A DNA stretch of 64,000 bases from Auanema rhodensis (lineage: Eukaryota; Animalia; Nematoda). Made by a program: the position numbers and the translations under genes. The notes under the pieces are model-generated. The model was not told the origin of the DNA and made no database searches. It saw only the letters and a list, made by a program, of their open reading frames with translations. Where the stretch lies: NCBI GenBank assembly GCA_964057225.1, contig OZ059896.1, forward strand, positions 2,666,001 through 2,730,000, written 5' to 3'. Below, one piece after another: positions 10,601 through 23,799 of the stretch. Position 1 is the first letter of the stretch. The number at the start of each line of letters is the position of its first letter.

Positions 10601-11800
10601 TCACGTAAATTTCAAAGTCATGGTTACCATGCACCAATATCAATAAAAATTTGTTTTTAGACTAATATGGACATGGGGAATCTAATTTTGAAAATCGCAT
10701 CTCTTTATCTTTCACGTGAAGCGAGTTACATACCAAGTGCACATCACGTGTACACTTAATTAGCATAAATTAAAGTTCACGTTAATTTCAAAGTCATGGT
10801 TACCATGAACCAATATCAATAAAAATTTGTTTTTAGACTAATATGGACATGGGGAATCTAATTTTGAAAACCGCATCTCTTTATCTTTCACGTGAAGCGA
10901 GTTACATATAAAGTGCACATCACGTGTACATTTAATTAGCATAAATTAAAGTTCACGTAAATTTCAAAGTCATGGTTACCATGCACCAATATTAATAAAA
11001 ATTTGTTTTTAGACTAATATGGACATGGGGAATCTAATTTTGAAAACCGCATCTCTTTATCTTTCACGTGAAGCGAGTTACATACCAAGTGCACATCACG
11101 TGTACACTAAATTAGCATAAATTAAAGTTCACGTTAATTTCAAAGTCATGGTTACCATGCACCAATATCAATAAAAATTTGTTTTTAGACTAATTTGGAC
11201 ATGGGGAATCTAATTTTGAAAACCGCATCTCTTTATCTTTCACGTGAGGCGAGTTACATACCAAGTGCACATCACGTGTACATTTAATTAGCATAAATTA
11301 AAGTTCACGTAAATTTCAAAGTCATGGTTACCATGAACCAATATCAATAAAAATTTGTTTTTAGACTAATATGGACATGGGGAATCTAATTTTGAAAACC
11401 GCATCTCTTTATCTTTCAAGTGAAGCGAGTTACATACCAAGTGCACATCACGTGTACATTTAATTAGCATAAATTAAAGTTCACGTAAATTTCAAATTCA
11501 TGGTTACCATGAACCAATATCAATAAAAATTTGTTTTTAAACTAATATGGACATGGGGATTCTAATTTTGAAAACCGCATCTCTTTATCTTTCACGTGAA
11601 GCGAGTTACATACCTAGTGCACATCACGTGTACATTTAATTAGCATAAATTAAAGTTCACGTAAATTTCAAATTCATGGTTACCATGAACCAATATCAAT
11701 AAAAATTTGTTTTTAAACTAATATGGACATGGGGATTCTAATTTTGAAAACCGCATCTCTTTATCTTTCACGTGAAGCGAGTTACATACCTAGTGCACAT
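7700..11800. repeat. 11-monomer (1936-bp) block duplication, approximate bounds
   Basis: The ATCATGTG variant at 8635 recurs at 10571, and the empty-site monomer at 9162 recurs at 11098; offset 1936 = 11x176. Confidence 0.9.
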
Positions 11801-13128
11801 CACGTGTACATTTAATTAGCATAAATTAAAGTTCACGTAAATTTCAAAGTCATGGTTACCATGAACCAATATCTATAAAAATTTGTTTTTAGACTAATTT
11901 GGACATGGGGAATCTAATTTTGAAAACCGCATCTCTTTATCTTTCAAGTGAAGCGAGTTACATACCAAGTGCACATCACGTGTACATTTAATTAGCATAA
12001 ATTAAAGTTCACGTAAATTTCAAATTCATGGTTACCATGAACCAATATCAATAAAAATTTGTTTTTAAACTAATATGGACATGGGGAATCTAATTTTGAA
12101 AACCGCATCTTTTTATCTTTCACGTGAAGCGAGTTACATACCTAGTGCACATCACGTGTACATTTAATTAGCATAAATTAAAGTTCACGTAAATTTCAAA
12201 TTCATGGTTACCATGAACCAATATCAATAAAAATTTGTTTTTAAACTAATATGGACATGGGGATTCTAATTTTGAAAACCGCATCTCTTTATCTTTCACG
12301 TGAAGCGAGTTACATACCTAGTGCACATCACGTGTACATTTAATTAGCATAAATTAAAGTTCACGTAAATTTCAAAGTCATGGTTACCATGAACCAATAT
12401 CAATAAAAATTTGTTTTTAGACTAATTTGGACATGGGGAATCTAATTTTGAAAACCGCATCTCTTTATCTTTCAAGTGAAGCGAGTTACATACCAAGTGC
12501 ACATCACGTGTACATTTAATTAGCATAAATTAAAGTTCACGTAAATTTCAAAGTCATGGTTACCATGAACCAATATCAATAAAAATTCGTTTTTAGACTA
12601 ATATGGACATGGGGAATCTAATTTTGAAAACCGCATCTCTTTATCTTTCACGTGAAGCGAGTTACATATAAAGTGCACATCAAGTGTACATTTAATTAGC
12701 ATAAATTAAAGTTCACGTAAATTTCAAAGTCATGGTTACCATGCACCAATATTAATAAAAATTTGTTTTTAGACTAATATGGACATGGGGAATCTAATTT
12801 TGAAAACCGCATCTCTTTATCTTTCACGTGAAGCGAGTTACATACCAAGTGCACATCACGTGTACATTTAATTAGCATAAATTAAAGTTCACGTAAATTT
12901 CAAAGTCATGGTTACCATGAACCAATATCAATAAAAATTTGTTTTTAGACTAATTTGGACATGGGGAATCTAATTTTGAAAACCGCATCTCTTTATCTTT
13001 CAAGTGAAGCGAGTTACATACCAAGTGCACATCACGTGTACATTTAATTAGCATAAATTAAAGTTCACGTAAAATTCAAAGTCATGGTTACCATGAACCA
13101 ATATCAATAAAAATTTGTTTTTAAACTA

Positions 13129-16100
13129 ATATGGATATGGACATGGGGAATCTAATTTTGAAAACCGCATCTCTTTATCTTTCACGTGAAGCGAGTTACA
13201 TACCTAGTGCACATCACGTGTACATTTAATTAGCATAAATTAAAGTTCACGTAAATTTCAAAGTCATGGTTACCATGAACCAATATCAATAAAAATTCGT
13301 TTTTAGACTAATATGGACATGGGGAATCTAATTTTGAAAACCGCATCTCTTTATCTTTCACGTGAAGCGAGTTACATATAAAGTGCACATCACGTGTACA
13401 TTTAATTAGCATAAATTAAAGTTCACGTAAATTTCAAAGTCATGGTTACCATGCACCAATATTAATAAAAATTTGTTTTTAGACTAATATGGACATGGGG
13501 AATCTAATTTTGAAAACCGCATCTCTTTATCTTTCACGTGAAGCGAGTTACATACCAAGTGCACATCACGTGTACACTTAATTAGCATAAATTAAAGTTC
13601 ACGTAAATTTCAAAGTCATGGTTACCATGCACCAATATCAATAAAAATTTGTTTTTAGACTAATATGGACATGGGGAATCTAATTTTGAAAACCGCATCT
13701 CTTTATCTTTCACGTGAAGCGAGTTACATACCAAGTGCACATCACGTGTACATTTAATTAGCATAAATTAAAGTTCACGTAAATTTCAAACTCATGGTTA
13801 CCATGCACCAATATCAATAAAAATTTGTTTTTAGACTAATATGGACATGGAGAATCTAATTTTGAAAACCGCATCTCTTTATCTTTCACGTGAAGCGAGT
13901 TACATACCAAGTGCACATCACGTGTACATTTAATTAGAATAAATTAAAGTTCACGTAAATTTCAAAGTCATGGTTACCATGAACCAATATCAATAAAAAT
14001 TTGTTTTTAGACTAATTTGGACATGGGGAATCTAATTTTGAAAACCGCATCTCTTTATCTTTCAAGTGAAGCGAGTTACATACCGAGTGCACATCACGTG
14101 TACATTTAATTAGCATAAATTAAAGTTCACGTAAATTTCAAAGTCATGGTTACCATGAACCAATATCAATAAAAATTTGTTTTTAGACTAATTTGGACAT
14201 GGGGAATCTAATTTTGAAAACCGCATCTCTTTATCTTTCAAGTGAAGCGAGTTACATACCAAGTGCACATCACGTGTACATTTAATTAGAATAAATTAAA
14301 GTTCACGTAAATTTCAAATTCATGGTTACCATGAACCAATATCAATAAAAATTTGTTTTTAAACTAATATGGACATGGGGATTCTAATTTTGAAAACCGC
14401 ATCTCTTTATCTTTCACGTGAAGCGAGTTACATACCTAGTGCACATCACGTGTACATTTAATTAGCATAAATTAAAGTTCACGTAAATTTCAAAGTCATG
14501 GTTACCATGAACCAATATCAATAAAAATTTGTTTTTAGACTAATTTGGACATGGGGAATCTAATTTTGAAAACCGCATCTCTTTATCTTTCAAGTGAAGC
14601 GAGTTACATACCAAGTGCACATCACGTGTACATTTAATTAGCATAAATTAAAGTTCACGTAAATTTCAAATTCATGGTTACCATGAACCAATATCAATAA
14701 AAATTTGTTTTTAAACTAATATGGACATGGGGAATCTAATTTTGAAAACCGCATCTCTTTATCTTTCACGTGAAGCGAGTTACATACCTAGTGCACATCA
14801 CGTGTACATTTAATTAGCATAAATTAAAGTTCACGTAAATTTCAAATTCATGGTTACCATGAACCAATATCAATAAAAATTTGTTTTTAAACTAATATGG
14901 ACATGGGGATTCTAATTTTGAAAACCGCATCTCTTTATCTTTCACGTGAAGCGAGTTACATACCTAGTGCACATCACGTGTACATTTAATTAGCATAAAT
15001 TAAAGTTCACGTAAATTTCAAAGTCATGGTTACCATGAACCAATATCAATAAAAATTTGTTTTTAGACTAATTTGGACATGGGGAATCTAATTTTGAAAA
15101 CCGCATCTCTTTATCTTTCAAGTGAAGCGAGTTACATACCAAGTGCACATCACGTGTACATTTAATTAGCATAAATTAAAGTTCACGTAAATTTCAAAGT
15201 CATGGTTACCATGAACCAATATCAATAAAAATTCGTTTTTAGACTAATATGGACATGGGGAATCTAATTTTGAAAACCGCATCTCTTTATCGTTCACGTG
15301 AAGCGAGTTACATATAAAGTGCACATCAAGTGTACATTTAATTAGCATAAATTAAAGTTCACGTAAATTTTAAAGTCATGGTTACCATGCACCAATATTA
15401 ATAAAAATTTGTTTTTAGACTAATATGGACATGGGGAATCTAATTTTGAAAACCGCATCTCTTTATCTTTCACGTGAAGCGAGTTACATACCAAGTGCAC
15501 ATCACGTGTACATTTAATTAGCATAAATTAAAGTTCACGTAAATTTCAAAGTCATGGTTACCATGAACCAATATCAATAAAAATTTGTTTTTAGACTAAT
15601 TTGGACATGGGGAATCTAATTTTGAAAACCGCATCTCTTTATCTTTCAAGTGAAGCGAGTTACATACCAAGTGCACATCACGTGTACATTTAATTAGCAT
15701 AAATTAAAGTTCACGTAAAATTCAAAGTCATGGTTACCATGAACCAATATCAATAAAAATTTGTTTTTAAACTAATATGGATATGGACATGGGGAATCTA
15801 ATTTTGAAAACCGCATCTCTTTATCTTTCACGTGAAGCGAGTTACATACCTAGTGCACATCACGTGTACATTTAATTAGCATAAATTAAAGTTCACGTAA
15901 ATTTCAAAGTCATGGTTACCATGAACCAATATCAATAAAAATTCGTTTTTAGACTAATATGGACATGGGGAATCTAATTTTGAAAACCGCATCTCTTTAT
16001 CTTTCACGTGAAGCGAGTTACATATAAAGTGCACATCACGTGTACATTTAATTAGCATAAATTAAAGTTCACGTAAATTTCAAAGTCATGGTTACCATGA

Positions 16101-17910
16101 ACCAATATCAATAAAAATTTGTTTTTAGACTAATTTGGACATGGGGAATCTAATTTTGAAAACCGCATCTCTTTATCTTTCAAGTGAAGCGAGTTACATA
16201 CCAAGTGCACATCACGTGTACATTTAATTAGCATAAATTAAAGTTCACGTAAATTTCAAAGTCATGGTTACCATGAACCAATATCAATAAAAATTCGTTT
16301 TTAGACTAATATGGACATGGGGAATCTAATTTTGAAAACCGCATCTCTTTATCGTTCACGTGAAGCGAGTTACATATAAAGTGCACATCAAGTGTACATT
16401 TAATTAGCATAAATTAAAGTTCACGTAAATTTTAAAGTCATGGTTACCATGCACCAATATTAATAAAAATTTGTTTTTAGACTAATATGGACATGGGGAA
16501 TCTAATTTTGAAAACCGCATCTCTTTATCTTTCACGTGAAGCGAGTTACATACCAAGTGCACATCACGTGTACATTTAATTAGCATAAATTAAAGTTCAC
16601 GTAAATTTCAAAGTCATGGTTACCATGAACCAATATCAATAAAAATTTGTTTTTAGACTAATTTGGACATGGGGAATCTAATTTTGAAAACCGCATCTCT
16701 TTATCTTTCAAGTGAAGCGAGTTACATACCAAGTGCACATCACGTGTACATTTAATTAGCATAAATTAAAGTTCACGTAAAATTCAAAGTCATGGTTACC
16801 ATGAACCAATATCAATAAAAATTTGTTTTTAAACTAATATGGATATGGACATGGGGAATCTAATTTTGAAAACCGCATCTCTTTATCTTTCACGTGAAGC
16901 GAGTTACATACCTAGTGCACATCACGTGTACATTTAATTAGCATAAATTAAAGTTCACGTAAATTTCAAAGTCATGGTTACCATGAACCAATATCAATAA
17001 AAATTCGTTTTTAGACTAATATGGACATGGGGAATCTAATTTTGAAAACCGCATCTCTTTATCTTTCACGTGAAGCGAGTTACATATAAAGTGCACATCA
17101 CGTGTACATTTAATTAGCATAAATTAAAGTTCACGTAAATTTCAAAGTCATGGTTACCATGCACCAATATTAATAAAAATTTGTTTTTAGACTAATATGG
17201 ACATGGGGAATCTAATTTTGAAAACCGCATCTCTTTATCTTTCACGTGAAGCGAGTTACATACCAAGTGCACATCACGTGTACACTTAATTAGCATAAAT
17301 TAAAGTTCACGTAAATTTCAAAGTCATGGTTACCATGCACCAATATCAATAAAAATTTGTTTTTAGACTAATATGGACATGGGGAATCTAATTTTGAAAA
17401 CCGCATCTCTTTATCTTTCACGTGAAGCGAGTTACATACCAAGTGCACATCACGTGTACATTTAATTAGCATAAATTAAAGTTCACGTAAATTTCAAACT
17501 CATGGTTACCATGCACCAATATCAATAAAAATTTGTTTTTAGACTAATATGGACATGGAGAATCTAATTTTGAAAACCGCATCTCTTTATCTTTCACGTG
17601 AAGCGAGTTACATACCAAGTGCACATCACGTGTACATTTAATTAGAATAAATTAAAGTTCACGTAAATTTCAAAGTCATGGTTACCATGAACCAATATCA
17701 ATAAAAATTTGTTTTTAGACTAATTTGGACATGGGGAATCTAATTTTGAAAACCGCATCTCTTTATCTTTCAAGTGAAGCGAGTTACATACCAAGTGCAC
17801 ATCACGTGTACATTTAATTAGCATAAATTAAAGTTCACGTAAAATTCAAAGTCATGGTTACCATGAACCAATATCAATAAAAATTTGTTTTTAAACTAAT
17901 ATGGATATCG
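13129..17910. repeat. Four 182-bp monomers (ATATGG duplication) marking 15-mer and 6-mer duplications
   Basis: ATATGGATATGG at 13129-13140, 15775-15786 and 16837-16848; ATATGGATATCG at 17899-17910. Spacings are 2646 (15x176+6), 1062 and 1062 (6x176+6). Confidence 0.95.
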
Positions 17911-18959
17911 ACATGGGGAATCTAATTTTGAAAACCGCATCTCTTTATCTTTCACGTGAAGCGAGTTACATACCTAGTGCACATCACGTGTACATTTAAT
18001 TAGCATAAATTAAAGTTCACGTAAATTTCAAAGTCATGGTTACCATGAACCAATATCAATAAAAATTCGTTTTTAGACTAATATGGACATGGGGAATCTA
18101 ATTTTGAAAACCGCATCTCTTTATCTTTCACGTGAAGCGAGTTACATATAAAGTGCACATCACGTGTACATTTAATTAGCATAAATTAAAGTTCACGTAA
18201 ATTTCAAAGTCATGGTTACCATGCACCAATATTAATAAAAATTTGTTTTTAGACTAATATGGACATGGGGAATCTAATTTTGAAAACCGCATCTCTTTAT
18301 CTTTCACGTGAAGCGAGTTACATACCAAGTGCACATCACGTGTACACTTAATTAGCATAAATTAAAGTTCACGTAAATTTCAAAGTCATGGTTACCATGC
18401 ACCAATATCAATAAAAATTTGTTTTTAGACTAATATGGACATGGGGAATCTAATTTTGAAAACCGCATCTCTTTATCTTTCACGTGAAGCGAGTTACATA
18501 CCAAGTGCACATCACGTGTACATTTAATTAGCATAAATTAAAGTTCACGTAAATTTCAAACTCATGGTTACCATGCACCAATATCAATAAAAATTTGTTT
18601 TTAGACTAATATGGACATGGAGAATCTAATTTTGAAAACCGCATCTCTTTATCTTTCACGTGAAGCGAGTTACATACCAAGTGCACATCACGTGTACATT
18701 TAATTAGAATAAATTAAAGTTCACGTAAATTTCAAAGTCATGGTTACCATGAACCAATATCAATAAAAATTTGTTTTTAGACTAATTTGGACATGGGGAA
18801 TCTAATTTTGAAAACCGCATCTCTTTATCTTTCAAGTGAAGCGAGTTACATACCGAGTGCACATCACGTGTACATTTAATTAGCATAAATTAAAGTTCAC
18901 GTAAATTTCAAAGTCATGGTTACCATGCACCAATATCAATAAAAATTTGTTTTTAGACT

Positions 18960-20700
18960 AATTTGGACATGGGGAATCTAATTTTGAAAACCGCATCTCT
19001 TTATCTTTCAAGTGAAGCGAGTTACATACCAAGTGCACATCACGTGTACATTTAATCAGCATAAATTAAAGTTCACGTAAATTTCAAAGTCATGGTTACC
19101 ATGAACCAATATCAATAAAAATTTGTTTTTAAACTAATATGGACATGGGGAATCTAATTTTGAAAACCGCATCTCTTTATCTTTCACGTGAAGCGAGTTA
19201 CATACCTAGAGCACATCACGTGTACATTTAATTAGCATAAATTAAAGTTCACGTAAATTTCAAAGTGATGGTTACCATGAACCAATATCAATAAAAATTT
19301 GTTTTTAAACTAATATGGACATGGAGAATCTTATTTTGAAAACCGCATCCCTTTATCTTTCACGTGAAGCGAGTTACATACCTAGTGCACATCACGTGTA
19401 CATTTAATTAGCATAAATTAAAGTTCACGTAAATTTCAAAGTCATGGTTACCATGCACCAATATCAATAAAAATTTGTTTTCAAACTAATATGGACATGG
19501 GGATTCTAATTTTGAAAACCGCATCTCTTTATCTTTCACGTGAAGCGAGTTACATACCTAGTGCACATCACGTGTACATTTAATTAGCATAAATTAAAGT
19601 TCACGTAAATTTCAAAGTCATGGTTACCATGAACCAATATCAATAAAAATTTGTTTTTAGACTAATTTGGACATGGGGAATCTAATTTTGAAAACCGCAT
19701 CTCTTTATCTTTCAAGTGAAGCGAGTTACATACCAAGTGCACATCACGTGTACATTTAATTAGCATAAATTAAAGTTCACGTAAATTTCAAAGTCATGGT
19801 TACCATGAACCAATATCAATAAAAATTTGTTTTTAGACTAATTTGGACATGGGGAATCTAATTTTGAAAACCGCATCTCTTTATCTTTCAAGTGAAGCGA
19901 GTTACATACCAAGTGCACATCACGTGTACATTTAATCAGCATAAATTAAAGTTCACGTAAATTTCAAAGTCATGGTTACCATGAACCAATATCAATAAAA
20001 ATTTGTTTTTAAACTAATATGGACATGGGGAATCTAATTTTGAAAACCGCATCTCTTTATCTTTCACGTGAAGCGAGTTACATACCTAGAGCACATCACG
20101 TGTACATTTAATTAGCATAAATTAAAGTTCACGTAAATTTCAAAGTGATGGTTACCATGAACCAATATCAATAAAAATTTGTTTTTAAACTAATATGGAC
20201 ATGGAGAATCTTATTTTGAAAACCGCATCCCTTTATCTTTCACGTGAAGCGAGTTACATACCTAGTGCACATCACGTGTACATTTAATTAGCATAAATTA
20301 AAGTTCACGTAAATTTCAAAGTCATGGTTACCATGCACCAATATCAATAAAAATTTGTTTTCAAACTAATATGGACATGGGGATTCTAATTTTGAAAACC
20401 GCATCTCTTTATCTTTCACGTGAAGCGAGTTACATACCTAGTGCACATCACGTGTACATTTAATTAGCATAAATTAAAGTTCACGTAAATTTCAAAGTCA
20501 TGGTTACCATGAACCAATATCAATAAAAATTTGTTTTTAGACTAATTTGGACATGGGGAATCTAATTTTGAAAACCGCATCTCTTTATCTTTCAAGTGAA
20601 GCGAGTTACATACCAAGTGCACATCACGTGTACATTTAATTAGCATAAATTAAAGTTCACGTAAATTTCAAAGTCATGGTTACCATGAACCAATATCAAT
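18960..20700. repeat. 5-monomer (880-bp) block duplication, approximate bounds
   Basis: Rare variants AATCAGC (19057/19937), CCTAGAGC (19210/20090) and AGTGATGG (19267/20147) are all offset by 880. Confidence 0.92.
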
Positions 20701-23700
20701 GAAAATTTGTTTTTAGACTAATATGGACATGGGGAATCTAATTTTGAAAACCGCATCTCTTTATCTTTCAAGTGAAGCGAGTTACATACCAAGTGCACAT
20801 CACGTGTACATTTAATTAGCATAAATTAAAGTTCACGTAAATTTCAAAGTCATGGTTACCATGAACCAATATCAATAAAAATTTGTTTTTAAACTAATAT
20901 GGACATGGGGAATCTAATTTTGAAAACCGCATCTCTTTATCTTTCACGTGAAGCGAGTTACATACCTAGAGCACATCACGTGTACATTTAATTAGCATAT
21001 ATTAAAGTTCACGTAAATTTCAAAGTCATGGTTACCATGAACCAATATCAATAAAAATTTGTTTTTAGACTAATATGGACATGGGGAATCTAATTTTGAA
21101 AACCGCATCTCTTTATCTTTCACGTGACGCGAGTTACATATAAAGTGCACATCACGTGTACATTTAATTAGCATAAATTAAAGTTCACGTAAATTTCAAA
21201 GTCATGGTTACCATGCACCAATATTAATAAAAATTTGTTTTTAGACTAATTTGGACATGGGGAATCTAATTTTGAAAACCGCATCTCTTTATCTTTCACG
21301 TGAAGCGAGTTACATACCAAGTGCACATCACGTGTACATTTAATTAGCATAAATTAAAGTTCACGTAAATTTCAAAGTCATGGTTACCATGAACCAATAT
21401 CAATAAAAATTTGTTTTTAGACTAATTTGGACATGGGGAATCTAATTTTGAAAACCGCATCTCTTTATCTTTCAAGTGAAGCGAGTTACATACCAAGTGC
21501 ACATCACGTGTACATTTAATTAGCATAAATTAAAGTTCACGTAAATTTCAAAGTCATGGTTACCATGAACCAATATCAATAAAAATTTGTTTTTAAACTA
21601 ATATGGACATGGGGAATCTAATTTTGAAAACCGCATCTCTTTATCTTTCACGTGAAGCGAGTTACATACCTAGTGCACATCACGTGTACATTTAATTAGC
21701 ATAAATTAAAGTTCACGTAAATTTCAAAGTCATGGTTACCATGCACCAATATCAATAAAAATTTGTTTTTAGACTAATATGGACATAGGGAATCTAATTT
21801 TGAAAACCGCATCTCTTTATCTTTCACGTGAAGCGAGTTACATACCAAGTGCACATCACGTGTACATTTAATTAGCATAAATTAAAGTTCACGTAAATTT
21901 CAAAGTCATGGTTACCATGAACCAATATCAATAAAAATTTGTTTTTAGACTAATTTGGACATGGGGAATCTAATTTTGAAAACCGCATCTCTTTATCTTT
22001 CAAGTGAAGCGAGTTACATACCAAGTGCACATCACGTGTACATTTAATTAGCATAAATTAAAGTTCACGTAAATTTCAAAGTCATGGTTACCATGAACCA
22101 ATATCAATAAAAATTTGTTTTTAAACTAATATGGACATGGGGAATCTAATTTTGAAAACCGCATCTCTTTATCTTTCACGTGAAGCGAGTTACATACCTA
22201 GTGCACATCACGTGTACATTTAATTAGCATAAATTAAAGTTCACGTAAATTTCAAAGTCATGGTTACCATGCACCAATATCAATAAAAATTTGTTTTTAG
22301 ACTAATATGGACATAGGGAATCTAATTTTGAAAACCGCATCTCTTTATCTTTCACGTGAAGCGAGTTACATACCTAGAGCACATCACGTGTACACTTAAT
22401 TAGCATAAATTAAAGTTCACGTAAATTTCAAAGTCATGGTTATCATGCACCAATATCAATAAAAATTTGTTTTTAGACTAATTTGGACATGGGGAATCTA
22501 ATTTTGAAAACCGCATTTCTTTATCTTTCAAGTGAAGCGAGTTACATACCAAGTGCACATCACGTGTACATTTAATTAGCATAAATTAAAGTTCACGTAA
22601 ATTTCAAAGTCATGGTTACCATGCACCAATATCAATAAAAATTTGTTTTTAAACTAATATGGACATGAGGAATCTAATTTTGAAAACCGCATCTCTTTAT
22701 CTTTCACGTGAAGCGAGTTACATACCTAGTGCACATCACGTGTACATTTAATTAGCATAAATTAAAGTTCACGTAAATTTCAAAGTCATGGTTACCATGA
22801 ACCAATATCAATAAAAATTTGTTTTTAGACTAATTTGGACATGGGGAATCTAATTTTGAAAACCGCATCTCTTTATCTTTCAAGTGAAGCGTGTTACATA
22901 CCAAGTGCACATCACGTGTACATTTAATTAGCATAAATTAAAGTTCACGTAAATTTCAAAGTCATGGTTACCATGCACCAATATTAATAAAAACTTGTTT
23001 TTAAACTAATATGGACATGGGGAATCTAATTTTGAAAACCGCATCTCTTTATCTTTCACGTGAAGCGAGTTACATACCAAGTGCACATCACGTGTACATT
23101 TAATTAGCATAAATTAAAGTTCACGTAAATTTCAAAGTCATGGTTACCATGAGCCAATATCAATAAAAATTTGTTTTTAGACTAATATGGACATGGGAAA
23201 TCTAATTTTGAAAACCGCATCTCTTTATCTTTCACGTGAAGCGAGTTACATACCAAGTGCACATCACGTGTACATTTAATTAGCATAAATTAAAGTTCAC
23301 GTAAATTTCAAAGTCATGGTTACCATGAACCAATATCAATAAAAATTTGTTTTCAGACTAATTTGGACATGGGGAATCTAATTTTGAAAACCGCATCTCT
23401 TTATCTTTCAAGTGAAGCGAGTTACATACCAAGTGCACATCACGTGTACATTTAATTAGCATAAATTAAAGTTCACGTAAATTTCAAAGTCATGGTTACC
23501 ATGAACCAATATCAATAAAAATTTGTTTTTAATTTAATATGGACATGGGGAATCTAATTTTGAAAACCGCATCTCTTTATCTTTCACGTGAAGCGAGTTA
23601 CATACCTAGTGCACATCACGTGTACATTTAATTAGCATAAATTAAAGTTCACGTAAATTTCAAAGTCATGGTTACCATGAACCAATATCAATAAAAATTT

Positions 23701-23799
23701 GTTTTTAGACTAATATGGACATGGGGAATCTAATTTTGAAAATCGCATCTCTTTATCTTTCACGTGAAGCGAGTTACATACCAAGTGCACATCACGTGT

